A stretch of 64,000 nucleotides of DNA from Eledone cirrhosa (GCA_964016885.1 OZ024742.1:137082001-137146000); one strand, 5' to 3'; shown: positions 39,580 to 55,864, counted from the stretch's first letter. The notes: generated by a model from the sequence alone, not told the origin. Numbers and translations: made by a program.

Positions 39580-39790
39580 TTGGCTATGTGAGTAGAACGT
39601 CAGGCAACATTCTCTGCGACATATATTTATGTTCCTTTACGTTTTGTGTTACAATATCACAGTTGTTAGCTTTGCTTTTCTCCTTATGGGGGTCGATTAA
39701 ATAAAGTTCCAGTGACATACAAAGTCGATTTAATCGACTTTGCCTTCCCTCAAAATTGTTGGCATTGTCCCGAAATCAGAGACCATTACA
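39580..39790 (+). mobile_element. Old diverged tRNA-SINE copy
   Basis: Degenerate body (CTTTGCTTTTCTCCTTATGGGGGTCGATTAAATAAAG) and tail. Confidence 0.65.
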
Positions 39791-41694
39791 TACCTCCTCG
39801 TTATGGCACACAATATAATAATGTCTCCATTTATTTCACATATATATTGACGTTATTGGAAACCATCTCGCTTTGTCAGCTACATTCAAAAGGCTTATAT
39901 ATAAGTTAATATCAAGATAAATTATTTAATTATTTAGATTACACAATTGGTGTCTTGGGGAAAATTATACGACGCATCATAATACAAATTAATTAATTAA
40001 TTCAATCTTGCTATGAATATGTAACCTTGCTCTACATTAAGATTCATGCTGTAACACTTAAATGCAAGTTAGACAATAGTGCGATGACAATTTCTAGAGT
40101 CATTCAAATAATGATTATTTTGCTGAAACAAAAATAATACATGTGTGGGGAAAGCAATATGTGAGGTCACAGAAATATCAATGCACCGGATTAAATAACA
40201 TCCGAACCATGATCTAGATTAAGTCCAAGCGGATCAAATTTTTGTTTTGGTCATGGGGATCAATAATATCGATCGAATTAATAAATTTGACATTTTATTA
40301 TATTCACATAATTTTTAGTTCTGTATATTGTTTGTTTCTTTTGGTTTTTGCTATAGAATTACGCTGCGTCAGAAATCAACTAATCTAGAGGTCAACTTAA
40401 CCGATTTGATAAGCTTCTCAACATCACGAATTTCTTGCAAGATGGGAAAGCTGGGTGAAATATAACAGTATAATTCAGCTTTTATACATGTTCTTTAAAT
40501 ATAGTACATGATAGGTATATATCTTATTCAGCTATAGTTTTGAGTATGAGTTATTGCATGATCACTTAAGACAGAGGAAGGAAAATCATAGTAACCGATC
40601 TCTGTTTATATGTCCTTTCATTTCGAATTTTATTCACGGTTTATCTTTGCCCTACAATATATATTGCGTTCAACATTTTAAAGATGCTATCTTATGAACT
40701 CTATGAGATATGGCTGCAGTTTCTTGTAGTTATAACGGCCATATCAGAAGCTTTCTGGGGATAGCTTTGCTAGTGTTTATAGACATTAATCTCTTCATGT
40801 TATTAAAAGTCGGCAGAAATGCAGATGCACTTCTTGTTGTATTTGTTATTGTTGTTGTCGCCGATGGTGCTGTTCTTGAACAGATATTAAATTCCAGATG
40901 TGTCTTGTTATTCTATATAAAGGGATCGTTTGTTCGATACGGTTTTTATTATAAATAAAGTAGTATTTAAGATAACAGTTTAAATAGAATTGTTGAATTG
41001 AGAAATATGTCCACGGAGAACAGATAATATCGTCTGTAGGAGAGAAATTTATGATCCGAAAAATCAGAAAGCCGATATATTCTTCATTTGGATATTACCT
41101 CATAGAACAATGGAAACATGTACGTGCTCGTTCAATGCTAGAAATAGCACCCTCACAGCGTTAAATCAGAACTTGGAGATAGTATAATATTACATACCTT
41201 TAAAATGCAAGATGGTCAAGTTTGGAATAACCTGCATTGTGGGCCAGGTTTATAAGGAATAAACATGAACGCTAATATATAATAGTATTTCTTGTTGCTT
41301 TCCGTTCAGAATATTGTGCAGGCATTCGTTGTGTAATTGGTCAAGCACATTTCAACCAAACTTTATTGTTTGTACACCACAATAAGAATTTTATGAAGAA
41401 AAATATGTGTATTGCTATACAGTTAGATAAACAGATAAACAGAACATCTATAGATAATTATAGAGATAAACTGGAAGAAAGAGAACTAGGGAGAGAATAA
41501 AGGAGAGATTTACTAAATTAATTCTGTCATTTGTTTCTACATTTATACCATTTTCTCCTTCTTTTCGCTCGTGATCTGTTCCTTATTTATTTGATGGTCA
41601 TATATCTTCAACCTTAATTTTACTTTATTTAATTTAATCTATTTTATCCTTCCTATATGTCATCACTAATTCTCACTAAATATGTAATGTACTG

Positions 41695-41887
41695 CAGACT
41701 GGCTACACTGGCTACGGTTGATGGTCTGAGCCATGCTTTGGAGCATAGATGTACGGCCCTTTACATTTAGAGTTCAAATCCCGCCGAGGTTAACTTTGCC
41801 TTTCATCCTTACGGGGTCGATAGAATAAAGTACCAGTAATACACTGGAATGATTACTGGCCTTGTGCCAAAAGTAGAAACAATTATA
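41695..41887 (+). mobile_element. tRNA-SINE copy
   Basis: B box GAGTTCAAATCCC, body and tail. Confidence 0.88.
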
Positions 41888-42501
41888 TTATCACTACTGC
41901 CACTACTACTACGGTCACTGAAGCCGAGCACCACTACCCCCTCCTATTCAACTGAGGTATCATCGATAAAGCCTAGACTGTTATTGTTGTTGCTGTAGAC
42001 TAATCCATTTGCCATAGCAACCGATTTCTAATGTTAACACCTACTGCTAAAGCATCTGTAAATGACCTGGTTCCTGTACAAGTGGACGGCCAATCTCAGA
42101 CCATGACGCCACTAGGGAATTTACAATGGATGTATGATATGGCGGTGTAATTACTTAAATCATATCTCATCGGTGCTTTGAGAAAGCAAAACTAATGATC
42201 AGCATGGGACATATCAATGAATTAAAACAGCGGGAGTAATTTTTATTTAGTTTTCATATTTTTTTCTATTCAACTAATAGATTTCTGATGATTTCATAAA
42301 TGTTGCATAATACTTATCAGCAAAGAATATATATAATAGGTAACACATAAATTTATACACAGTTTCATATGGCTTTGTTACATTTACTGTAGGTGTTCTA
42401 CTTGGATTGGTGCATGTCGGTGAGCCGTTTATTCAATTAGCTTCGCCTGTAACTGAATGTAGTGTGAGCTGCACAAGACTAGTCGGCTATCACCTTACGC
42501 A

Positions 42502-42856
<355 letters not shown>

Positions 42857-43164
42857 TATATACAGTGAAAGATGAAGGTGTGTGTCAACAGCCGATCGAG
42901 AAACTTACTTAATATAAAAAGTATCGCATTAAATATTCTTTTGTTACAAGCTGAGGATTCTTGAACCATCACTTTGAGCTTCAAAGGGTGAGTAATCGAA
43001 AACGTGACATCCAATAGACTATATATGAACAAAGAAGTGTTTACACAATAAGATGTTCGCCACCTGGCTGTTCACGTTTACGAGTAGCTTCATATATAGT
43101 ATACTTACAGAGTTTTCAAATCATATATCAACTGTAAGATATATCTAAGTATAAGATTCTGAAA

Positions 43165-44815
<1,651 letters not shown>

Positions 44816-45000
44816 GAGGGGTGGGGGAGAAAGTGAGGGGAGGGGGGTGGAAATAGAGGACGCAACATTTGAGTGGGATGCAGATATAAATAAAAGAGTC
44901 TGTAGATGCCTTCCTTATTTCTAATTTCTCTTTTCTATTTATCAGTCTGACGGAATAAAGATAGAATCTTCGTTGATAAGCGGCAATATGTGGAAGATTG

Positions 45001-45086
<86 letters not shown>

Positions 45087-45443
45087 TTGAGAGTGATATT
45101 GTAAGCGAGATGCTGATTTATTTTGATCACCCAACATCATAATGTATTACGGATTCAATGAATTGGTCACAATAGGAACGTGTTATTAATTGCTGCAAAT
45201 AATTGGGAGAGTGGAAAGGAAAAATAATCGATTAGAAGAATACATAACGAATAGTATGGTTAAAACAGGATATATTCATATTTACATACGTACATACGTA
45301 CATTTATATCTATATATACACACACATAGATATTTTATACATATGTGTGTATGGTTACATAAATAGACCTTCATACAAACATAATAAATATGCCTTACCA
45401 TATATCTATTAACAAGAAATCAGATATGTATATTTGGATATAA

Positions 45444-45494
<51 letters not shown>

Positions 45495-47659
45495 GTATAT
45501 ATATGTATATATATATGTATATACACACACGCACACACACACACATATATATATATATACATGTATAATGTGAATATATTTGTCTATATGGGTAGATAGA
45601 AACATATATACACATACGCACACGGAAACATACAAAAATAAATACTCTATATTTTGCATACATATTAATAAACAGATGTACATGCATATAGATGATATGT
45701 GCATTTATCTTCATTCATGAGCCGATACTTTCTATTTTGATCAAATCTTGTTATTCCTGGCGAGTATAAAATGGCGAATTTCCGCTCCTAATAGAGATCT
45801 ATCGGATTATTATTGGATTCTTGCTTTTTAATACAAGGCATTTATGCTTTTGGCTAGTGTTAGCAGTACATACAGCTGCGTCTGTGTACTTAATGATGGT
45901 GCTGGTCGAAATGGCTCTGGTGGTGGTGATAATGTAGTTTGTTGTTTTAGTTTCTGTTTGTTACATGATCTGGCTAGTAATGCTTATGATGATGGTTTTA
46001 CGGTTATAGTTTGTGCCATTAGAGGGCGAGTTAGTTGTGGTTGCAATAATACTAGTTATGTTGGTAGTGGTGGTGTTGATTATGGTTTGAACGTTGTTTT
46101 GTTTGTCGTTGTGTTAGCACTGATTGCGCAGATTCTTTTTTCTTTTTAATCGAAGTATTTCAGACAAGTAATGTCTGGTTTTCCTTCAGACATAATATAC
46201 TTGCGACTGCAATGCTTACTGATTTCTTCTAGGTTTAAGATAAAATGGTATAATATGAGGGCAAATTAGCTGGTATTTCTGGCATATCGTTTGAGTGACT
46301 TTTATAGCCGATAGCATAAATGTTAGGAGTGCTAAAGGAAATGCGGTCGTCCGGGTATAAATGGCTGTTGCAATGGTTCTTGTTAGATTGGGATTTTGAT
46401 GATGACATTCTTATTGAATGTAAATCACTAGTTAGATGTTGAGATCGTGGAGGTCAAGACAGTGGTGGTTACAGTGAACGAATCTATGATCTTAGTAGTA
46501 TTAGTGAAGTAGTCTTAAATTTATGATGTCATATCTATTTGATTTGTTAGCAACTGATGTATGTTATTTTTGTTGCTAAGCCCCAAACAGATCTGGATTA
46601 AGTAGGCCTATGATAAGAGAGGCTCTAGCAGTGGAATCCTTTCTTTGAGTGTGAGGCAGAATACATTTTTCGAAAGTGGGGTATTATTTGAATAAATTTC
46701 GTCTGTAATTCTTAACAAGTCAAGCGACCACGCAGTGTCTATTTAGTGGCCGAAGTCGATGATAATTTTATTGATACATGAGATAGTTCCGGTTGTAGTC
46801 ATGAGCTTATGTGCGATTATATTTTGTTATATTATTTACAACTGCTTATATATTGAAAAATTATTAACTTCTGCAATCTTTCGTCAAAGCAACACAACGC
46901 TGTGTAAACCAAAAAATTGCTCAAACACAAAGTGACTCATTAATGCTGAACCTAAGGAAAATGTAAGGACATTCGATATGAAGATCATGGCTGCTTATTA
47001 ACTTGTGCTGAAATCTATAACAAACTTTACAACCTAACTGATTAAGAATATGTATATGCTCAGAGTGGATTATATAAAAGAACTCTGTATTCGAATGTGT
47101 AATTTATAACAAATTACTAAATTAGTATGAAATATAGCAAAAGAGCATTGACAAGTGATGTAGGAGTACTAGTGTAAATTCATATCTTGAAGCCATAGTA
47201 TTTACTTGAAGCATGAAATTATTGGAACTATTGAACGCACTTAAATACACTCCTCTATGTGACAGTAGACTACTTCAGAGTTTATTAACGGATACTATAG
47301 TGCATTGCCCGGAAAACAAGCTAGAGAATCTCTTAAATGTCGCAAACAATATGTCATCTATGAAGTGAAGGATATCATACAACAAACAAAAGATATACCT
47401 CCGTGTCAATAACAGAATGTTGAATTCGTTTTATTTCACTTACATCACTACTGATTTTTTTTTCTTTGTCTAGGATAATTTTCTCACCCCAGAATTCTTC
47501 TATTTTTGTTCTACTATTGTCCCTCTAAATATTTCTATTTCATGTTTACCAATTTCTTGTCACAATCGCTTTAGGTTGAAGTTAAACTGTCTGTTATGGT
47601 TAAAAAAGCATTTTTGCTGTTCATTCTGTCGTATTATTTATAGGTATATGCACGATTTT

Positions 47660-47900
47660 GTGTAGTCAGGTGGCCTGAGAACATTATGTCATGCGTTCGA
47701 TTCCTGGACTGGGTTGTGTGTTGTGTGTTGTGTCCTTGAGCAAAACACTTCATTTCACGGTGCTCATTCAGCTTAAAATGAGTACCAGCAATAGCAGGGT
47801 GCTTAAACCTACAATAGACTGGCGTCCTGTCTAGGGAGGAGTCTTGTGCTTTCAGTTGCTTCAGGCCACGAAATCGGAACAAAGACAGGCCTCATGAGAT
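47660..47900 (+). mobile_element. tRNA-derived SINE with CORE/Meta-like domain
   Basis: GTTCGATTCC B box; TGTGTCCTTGAGCAAAACACTT; TAGACTGGCGTCCTGTCTAGGG. Confidence 0.65.
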
Positions 47901-48070
47901 TCCGAACACTTTACACTTCTTTTTAGAATGATTTCGAATATTTCTTTGTTATCCTTTGTTATAATCTGTAGTATTGATCTCTCATATCTTATTTATCTTA
48001 TCTCATATTTCCTGTTTCTGTCTGTATACGTATATTCGATGTTATTTGCTTCGATTTTAATATTCCTCTA

Positions 48071-48110
48071 CAGAGGTGCATATGAAGGTGTACCTTCATA
48101 TGCACCTCTG
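48071..48110. repeat. 40-bp near-perfect palindrome
   Basis: CAGAGGTGCATATGAAGGT-GT-ACCTTCATATGCACCTCTG. Confidence 0.85.
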
Positions 48111-48145
48111 ACGAGCTGCTGCTGCATATATTATTTCGTTTAACC

Positions 48146-48222
48146 TCTTCTTCTTCTTCTTCTTCTTCTTCTTCTTCTTCTTCTTCTTCTTCTTCTTCTT
48201 CTTCTTCTTCTTCTTCTTCTTC
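48146..48222. repeat. (TTC)n microsatellite
   Basis: Direct reading. Confidence 0.95.
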
Positions 48223-48359
48223 TCACATACACGAACACAAATATAAATACGTTCATTTATTTTGGCTAAGGGGTGAGTTTGTTAATCTGAAGTTTCACCA
48301 GCGTTCTCACAAGAATAACAAGAGTGTTTATTTCATATATGTTTATATATATATATATA

Positions 48360-48460
<101 letters not shown>

Positions 48461-48575
48461 ATGTATAATGTATGTATGTATATATATATATATATATATA
48501 TATAGTTGTTATATAGTAAGGTGTATTATTGGTTGTGTCAATTTTCTCTCTTATATCAAGGATTTGAAGACAATT

Positions 48576-48662
48576 CATTTTCACCTGACGAGATCAGTGA
48601 TAATCGATCAAGGCCGCAGGATCGATCTATCTCTTATTGAAACATGTGTCGTGATTAAAATG
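48576..48662 (+). ncRNA. Type I hammerhead ribozyme motif with long stem II
   Basis: CATTTTCAC-CTGACGA(48585)-GAT..ATCGATC..GATCGAT..ATT-GAAA(48639)-CATGTG-TC-GTGAttAAAATG; GUC triplet; ~190-bp insert bounded by (TA)n. Confidence 0.7.
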
Positions 48663-48691
48663 ATTGGAAATTTATACCATGCATTCGGATC

Positions 48692-48745
<54 letters not shown>

Positions 48746-48778
48746 AAATACACATAAACATATATATAAACAAATATA

Positions 48779-48939
48779 GTTGGTGTTAGGAAGAGCATCC
48801 AGCTGTAGAAATCAAGCAAAATCAGTTCCTGTATGAGCAAGGCATGGTCAGCCGACCAGACACTGCCCACAACAGGACAACCCGTCTAACCCATGCTAAC
48901 GTGGAAGAACGGACGTAAAACGGTGATGATGATGATGAT
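48779..48939 (+). mobile_element. 3' end of a SINE/LINE with (GAT)n tail
   Basis: GGTGTTAGGAAGAGCATCCAGCTGTAGAAA...CCGTCTAACCCATGCTAACGTGGAAGAACGGACGTAAAACGGT(GAT)n. Confidence 0.65.
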
Positions 48940-49129
48940 ATTTATATATGTGTGTGTGTGTGCGTGTATACATATAATTACTTAAACGTATATATATATA
49001 CATATAATTAAATAAACGTATATATAGGTTTATTTATATATATATATGGAAACGGTAAACACAAATAACAAACCAAACGAAATAGTTCAATGAAGAACTA
49101 TCTTAGTTTTACGCTTAATATGGTAGGAA

Positions 49130-50100
49130 AGTATCTTATCGTTTCGGCCGCTAGTCCTTCATCAGATAATAGAATGGGCAATTAAATAAGAAATAGTAAG
49201 ATAGTAGAGAGCAGAAACGAAAAAGAAATTTTGTAGAAAAATCAATTTTGTTCAGGCCCCAATCACTTGGAAAACTGTTGACTTCAACGTTTTTATATAT
49301 GAAGTTCAGTTGGCTGTCTTTTGGAAGGTGTGATAAAGGCGTCTGTAACTTGCTGGAAAGGAAAAAAATACGTTTGTAAACAGAGTGGATATGTTTGTCG
49401 CAGGTAGATGAGGTGGATATGAAGCACAAAACCATGCCGAGGAGGAATTGCTCGGCTTCGGAGAGTAGTATGATAGAGGGTAGAATGATAACTGAATGGG
49501 AGGTACGTGAGGAAGAGAAAGTATTGGAGGCGGAGGAGCTGTGGTGGTCACGTGTGGTGTGTTCGGAGTCAACAGTGAGGAGAGAAGTATTAGTCGGTTC
49601 GATGGGAGAGGAAGTTTTATGTGAAAGTATAATAGTTGTCACAAGGCCAGCAATTATCCCAGTGCATTACTAGTACATTATTTTATCGAACCCGTAAGGA
49701 TGAAAGGGAAAGTTAACCTCGGCGGGATTTGAACTCAAATCGTAAAGGGCCGTAACTCTATGCTGCAAAGCATGGTGTCCGACGCTCTTCCGATAGTGCC
49801 AATCCACCGCTCTTGAAAGTATAATAGTGTTAGGGCTGTTGGGGATGTTTGTATATTGACGGCAGAAAGGGAGCGGAATGTGTCAAGCTTTTGTTTCTGG
49901 TCGGAGGTGAGAAAATTGAAGAAGACGCAATTTAGGCGAGGGGCGGATTGGGCGAGGAACACGTGACAAGTAGAGGCGAAAAGAAGGTAGTTTTTGGAGA
50001 GATCTCGGTCGAAAGAACGGATTTGAAAGAGAGCGGAAGGAAGGATCGACTGCACACGTATGTTGCTTTTTTTTTCGCTTATAACTAAGTCTAGACGTTG
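49130..50100 (-). mobile_element. Decayed Penelope-like element fragment (N-terminal ORF part + HHR-like motif), interrupted by a SINE
   Basis: SVIILPSIILLSEAEQFLLGMVLCFIST resembles the V.NLS..LS..E..LL.KGL.F.PT motif upstream of PLE RTs; CTGATGAAGG..CCGAAAC on the minus strand at ~49141-49165. Confidence 0.45.
49637..49813 (-). mobile_element. tRNA-SINE with 15-bp TSD
   Basis: TGAAAGTATAATAGT at 49622-49636 and 49814-49828. Confidence 0.92.
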
Positions 50101-50215
50101 CTACTGAAGACCAACATAAGCTTGTAAAGGAAATCAAGTAAACGCTAATATGTATGTACTTATATTTACATCACCCTATACTAGCATATGGTCAAATAAA
50201 CAATATGTGTATAAT

Positions 50216-50335
50216 TAATTGTTTCTTCTTTTGGCACAAGGCCAGCAAATACCCAGTATATTACAGGTACTTTATTTTATCGACCCCCGTAAGGATGAAA
50301 GGCAAAGTTAACCTCGACGGGATTTGAACTCAGAA
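50216..50335 (-). mobile_element. Truncated tRNA-SINE copy
   Basis: Tail, body and B box. Confidence 0.85.
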
Positions 50336-50810
50336 TGAAATGTAGACATAAAAATAATAAAATGAATGACATTTAAGTCAGGAGTTTTAATTCACCATAA
50401 TTATGTCTTTCTGAATGAAACGGCAAGAATAGAAGCTTATCTGGAAAATATTCATTTCTTTTCTCCTTTTAATGGTTTCTTTGAGCGTATATGATAAAAT
50501 TGTATCTGCTTATCCAGAAAATAGAAGTAATCTGGGCAACATGAATTTATACATAGATTTAAAATATTTAGTATATAGACATTTAGATATACTAAATACG
50601 CATTTCCATGTAAATTGGAAAAAATAATAAATATATTAAAAAGTCTTTAACGCTTAATTCCTTCTCATGAGAAAGCATCAGTATCATTCAAACAACAATT
50701 CATCCTGAAACGTACGTGCGAATTTACATTTGATTAGCACTTATGCAGGTAATTAATTGAAATATTAATTTGTACGCTTAGCAGCTGAAGAATATGAAAA
50801 ATTTTAATTC

Positions 50811-50884
<74 letters not shown>

Positions 50885-51099
50885 ATATATTTTTTTTTTT
50901 TTTTCTCAACCTGTTAGTTCTTTCGTTATTTTGGTATTATGTGTTAGATTTTGCCTACCACAATGTTCAATTTGTCAAGCTATTTAAACGTATGTTGTTA
51001 CTCTAAGGACCTACCTTGTCGAGTGCTTTGCTAACTCATTCATATAGTAGGTCAATTTGCTTGCACACTGCCAAAGATTCGATTTTACTAAGCCTCCAA

Positions 51100-51173
<74 letters not shown>

Positions 51174-51188
51174 TAAAATGTACATCCA

Positions 51189-51234
<46 letters not shown>

Positions 51235-51249
51235 TATATATATAATATA

Positions 51250-51284
<35 letters not shown>

Positions 51285-51477
51285 TCAGGTTTGAGGTTCA
51301 CCACTTGATAGAGCTTGTCTATTCCGTATGGTCAATCGTAATGTAATAATATAGAGGGTACTCAACGTAAAGCAGTTCAACCGTCTTTGTTTTTGTAGTT
51401 GGTGGTGCTATTACGGAGTTAAATATTATAATGAAATGATAGGAGGCTGGATTTGTGTAACTCCTTGAAAGGTTTAT

Positions 51478-51537
51478 TATACTATGATCATTTCAATGAC
51501 CGGGTTCCGTATGAATCCGGTGATATCATCAGGTATA
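51478..51537 (-). ncRNA. Type I hammerhead ribozyme motif (left arm)
   Basis: Mirror of 55805-55864. Confidence 0.75.
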
Positions 51538-53394
51538 CGAAATATAATACCTGAATGTAATAGATAAAATCCATGGGGCTGAAAATCGAGGACCCGAGGG
51601 CGATCGCTATCCTGTACCTCTACCTTAGCCGGTCGCCCTCGAGTGACGTGGCTGAAGCTTACAGTGTGCTACTACCGGTCAGTTAAAGGAAAACAGAAAG
51701 GGATGGGAACATAAGTTACCGTTAATCTCATGCCACAAGACAAAAGAAAGGAAGAAAGGAGGGAGAGAGAAGAAGGGGGAAGGAGGAAGAAGAGAAGCCA
51801 GGGTTAATATCAGCTATAAGAAAAAAGACAGAAAGAAAGAGGAGGAAAGGTCGGTATTAGAGTCAGGCCAGGATTGGCGCGAAGAAATTTTTTTTATTCT
51901 ACGTGACCCGTATCTAAACAACTACTACCGGTCAGATATAGGCAAACAAAAAGGGGGAAGCAAGATAAGTCTGCGGGATGAAGACAGAAAGAGGGGAGAA
52001 GAGAAGGAAGAGAATGAAGAAGTAGAAAAGTAAGGGTTGGTGGCTACAAGAAGGAAGATAGAAATAAAGAGGAAGAAAGGTCGATATTAATGTCAGACTT
52101 GGTCAGGCCAGGAGTGGCGCGAGAAAATGTTCACAGGGACCCGTATCTTAGCAGAGGTGAATATATTGGGGGTCAGTGTGTTATAATGTGTGAGCAGAAT
52201 ATTGGAACGTTACGTTTTTGTTTAGACTTTAGGATGAAGTTAAAAATTAATAATTTATATTTAATATTAAAGAAATTAGAAAATTTAAAGTTAAGCAGTT
52301 TAACATTTTAAGGTTGATATATCTAATAGTTCTGATTTTATCTGTAATTTAAAGGTACTATGTGGCGGTTAAAACACCGGCCGCGCTCCGGGCCCCCGGG
52401 GCGAATTAAGCCCCTCCGAGTAGTTTCATTTACCGAAAGAAGGGGAAATTTATTTTTCCAAGCACTCAAGGTAGGCCCATGCGCCAGGGGGCTGGTCGCG
52501 CCGCCATTAAAACTCACCCAACAGTCCGACAGAAAGTTGGAACTTTAAAATATTGTTTAAATTTATAGGATGAAGTTGAAACATTTATAATTAATATTTA
52601 ATATCAAAGAAATTAGAAAATTTAATGTTAAACAGTTTAACATTTTAAGGTTGATATATCTAATAGTTCTGATTTTATCTGTAATTTAAAGGTACTATGT
52701 GGCGGTTAAAACACCGGCCGCGCTCCGGGCCCCCGGGGCGAATTAAGCCATTCCGAGTAGTTTCATTTACCGAAAGAAGGGGAAATTTATTTTTCCAAGC
52801 ACTCCAGGTAGGCCCATGCGCCAGGTGGCTGGTCGCGCCGCCATCAAAACCCACCCAGCAGTCCGACAGAAAGTTAGAACTTTAAAATATTGCTTAAATT
52901 TATAGGATGACGTTGAAAGAATTCAGAATAACATCATAAAATTAAAGAGTAAGAAGATTGAGAATTGAACAAACAGAAAATTGAAAATTAAACATTTAAA
53001 AAAAGTTCTATGAGTTTTGGGTTGCGGGGTTTAATTAAAGAGAGTCTTTTATGAAGAAACGCTCATTGTATTATGTAGATCTATAATTTATCCTAGAGGG
53101 ATGTAGAGTACGGGATATAGTCGGGTAATATTTATTTTTGTTCTCAGGGGGAGACATTCTAGTGTCGTGTGCCAATGGGTACAAGTGAGCAAAAGTCCCA
53201 ATAGGAGGAGTGGAAATACATGGATACATAGAAGTGGTATACGTGGAAGAGCACATTGATAAAACAAAGGTATAAATATATAAACATATCAATATATAGA
53301 TATAAATATGTAAATAAACCAATTGAGAGTGGTGTTGGAGTAAGATGGAGAAATCAAGACATAGAAGAAGTACAATATAGTTCAGGTTGCAGTA

Positions 53395-53582
53395 TGTGGT
53401 TTGGCAGTATCGGTAGAGGGTCGGACGCCATGCTTTCAAGCATAGTTACCTCCATTTACGATCTGAGTTCAAATCCCGCCGAAGTTGACTTTGCCTTTCA
53501 TCCTTACGGGTTCGATAAAATAAAGTACCAGTAATGCACTGGGTAATTGCTGGCCTTGTGCCTAAAGTAGAAACAAGTATTT
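53395..53582 (+). mobile_element. tRNA-SINE copy in the fold-back spacer
   Basis: Full SINE body and tail. Confidence 0.9.
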
Positions 53583-55804
53583 ATGTTCCCAGGGGGAGAC
53601 ATTCCAGTGTCGTGTCCTAAGGGTACACGCGAGTAAAAGTCTGAATAAGGGAAGTAAAAAGTACATGGATGTATAGAGGTAGAATACGTGGAAAAGCATT
53701 AATACAGCAAATAAAGATGTAAAGATATAAATAAACAAACAAGAGTCGTTGTCTAGTAAATGGAGTGTTCAAGACACAGGAGAAATACAATATAGTTCAA
53801 GTTGCAGTCAGATAATGCATATAGATGTGGAAATGGAATCACTGTGTGTTCGAGTCTGGGAATTCAGTGTGAGTTATACATGTTCATAAGTATAGGGTAG
53901 CAAATTTAGTTAATACAGTGCAGTCCAATACATGTTATGTTATAATCCGTAGAGTTTCGTCGAAGTCCGAATATTCTGAGAGGGAAGTAGCAATGGGCCA
54001 TGCGAAAACACCGAGTAGCCAAAGTTTATTTACATATTTATATCTATATATTGATATGTTTATATATTTATACCTTTGCTTTATCAATGTGCTCTTCCAC
54101 GTATTCCACTTCTATGTATCCATGTATTTCTACTGCTCCTATTGGGACTTTTGCTCACTTGTACCCATTAGCACACGACACTAGAATGTCCCCCACTGAG
54201 AACAAAAATAAATATTACACGACTATATCCCGTACTCTACATCCCACTAGGATAAATTATAGATCTACATAATACAATGAGCGTTTCTTCATAAAAGACT
54301 CTCTTTAATTAAACCCGGCAATCCAAAACCTCATAGAAGTTTTTTTAAATGTTTAATTTTCAATTTTCTGTTTGTTCAATTCTCAATCTTCTTACTCTTT
54401 AAGTTTATAATGTTATTCTGAATTCTTTCAACTTCATCCTATAAATTTAAGCAATATTTTAAAGTTCTAACTTTCTGTCGGACTGCTGGGTGGGTTTTAA
54501 TGGCGGCGCGACCAGCCACCTGGCGCATGGGCCTACCTGGAGTGCTTGGAAAAATAAATTTCCCCTTCTTTTGGTAAATCAAACTACTCGGAGGGGCTTA
54601 ATTCGCCCCGGGGGCCCGGAGCGCGGCGAGTGTTTTAACCGCCACATAGTACCTTTAAATTACAGATAAAATCAGAACTATTAGATATATCAACCTTAAA
54701 ATGTTAAACTGATTAACTTTAAATTTTCTAATTTCTTTGATATTAAATATTAATTATAAATTTTTCAACTTCATCCTATAAATTTAAACAATATTTTAAA
54801 GTTCCAACATTCTGTCGGACTTTTGGGTGGGTTTTAATGGCGGCGCGACCAGCCCCCTGGCGCATGGGCCTACCTTGGGTGCTTGGAAAAATAAATTTCC
54901 CCTTCTTTTGGTAAATGAAACTACTCGGAGGGGCTTAATTCGCCCCGGGGGCCCGGAGCGCGGCGAGTGTTTTAACCGCCACATAGTACCTTTAAATTAC
55001 AGATAAAATCAGAACTATTAGATATATCAACCTTAAAATGTTAAACTGCTTAACTTTAAATTTTCTAATTTCTTTAATATTAAATATAAATTATTAATTT
55101 TTAACTTCATCCTATAAGTCTAAACAAAAACGTAACGTTCCAATATTCTGCTCACACATTATAACACACTCACCCCCAATATATTCACCTCTGCTATGAT
55201 ACGGGTCCCTGTGAACATTTTCTCGCGCCACTCCTGGCCTGACTGTAGTCTGACATTAATATCGACCTTTCTTCCTCTTTCTCTCTATCTTCCTTCTTGT
55301 AGCCACCAACCCTTACTTTTCTACTTCTTCATTCTCTTCCTTCTTTTCTCCCCTCTTTCTGTCTTCATCCCGCAGACTTATCTTCCCCTTTTTTGTTTGC
55401 CTATATCTGACCGGTAGTAGTTGTTTGGATACGGGTCCCGTAAAATAAAAAAAATTTCTTCGCGACAATCCTGGCCTGACTGTAATACCGACCTTTCCCC
55501 CTCTTTCTTTCTGTCTTTCTTCTTATAGCTGACATTAACCCTGGCTTCTCTTCTTCTTCCTTCCCCCGTCTTCTCTCTCCCTCCTTTCTTTCTTTCTTTT
55601 GTCTTGTGGCATGAGATTAACGGTAACTTATGTTCCCATCCCTTTCTGTTTTCCTTTAACTGACCGGTAGTAGCACACTGTAAGCTTCAGCCACGTCACT
55701 CGAGGGCGACCGGCTAAGGTAGAGGTACAGGATAGCGATCGCCCTCGGGTCCTCGATTTTATGCCCCATGGATTTTATCTATTACATTCACGTATTATAT
55801 TTCG

Positions 55805-55864
55805 TATACCTGATGATATCACCGGATTCATACGGAACCCGGTCATTGAAATGATCATAGTATA
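55805..55864 (+). ncRNA. Type I hammerhead ribozyme motif (right arm)
   Basis: TATAC-CTGATGA-tATcACCGG..CCGGTcATt-GAAA-TGATCA-TA-GTATA, then AATAAA at 55864; palindromic stem III ATGATCAT; cleavage predicted after 55859. Confidence 0.75.

Noticed and set aside
52361-52420. HDV-like or twister ribozyme in the GC module (GGCGAAT motif)
   Set aside because: Could not build the nested double pseudoknot or twister core; simple hairpins explain the pairing
52360-54984. Repeated 62-aa ORF MWRLKHRPRSGPPGR...
   Set aside because: Repetition is explained by DNA duplication within the fold-back arms; no domain, and one of the four module copies has no such ORF in the track
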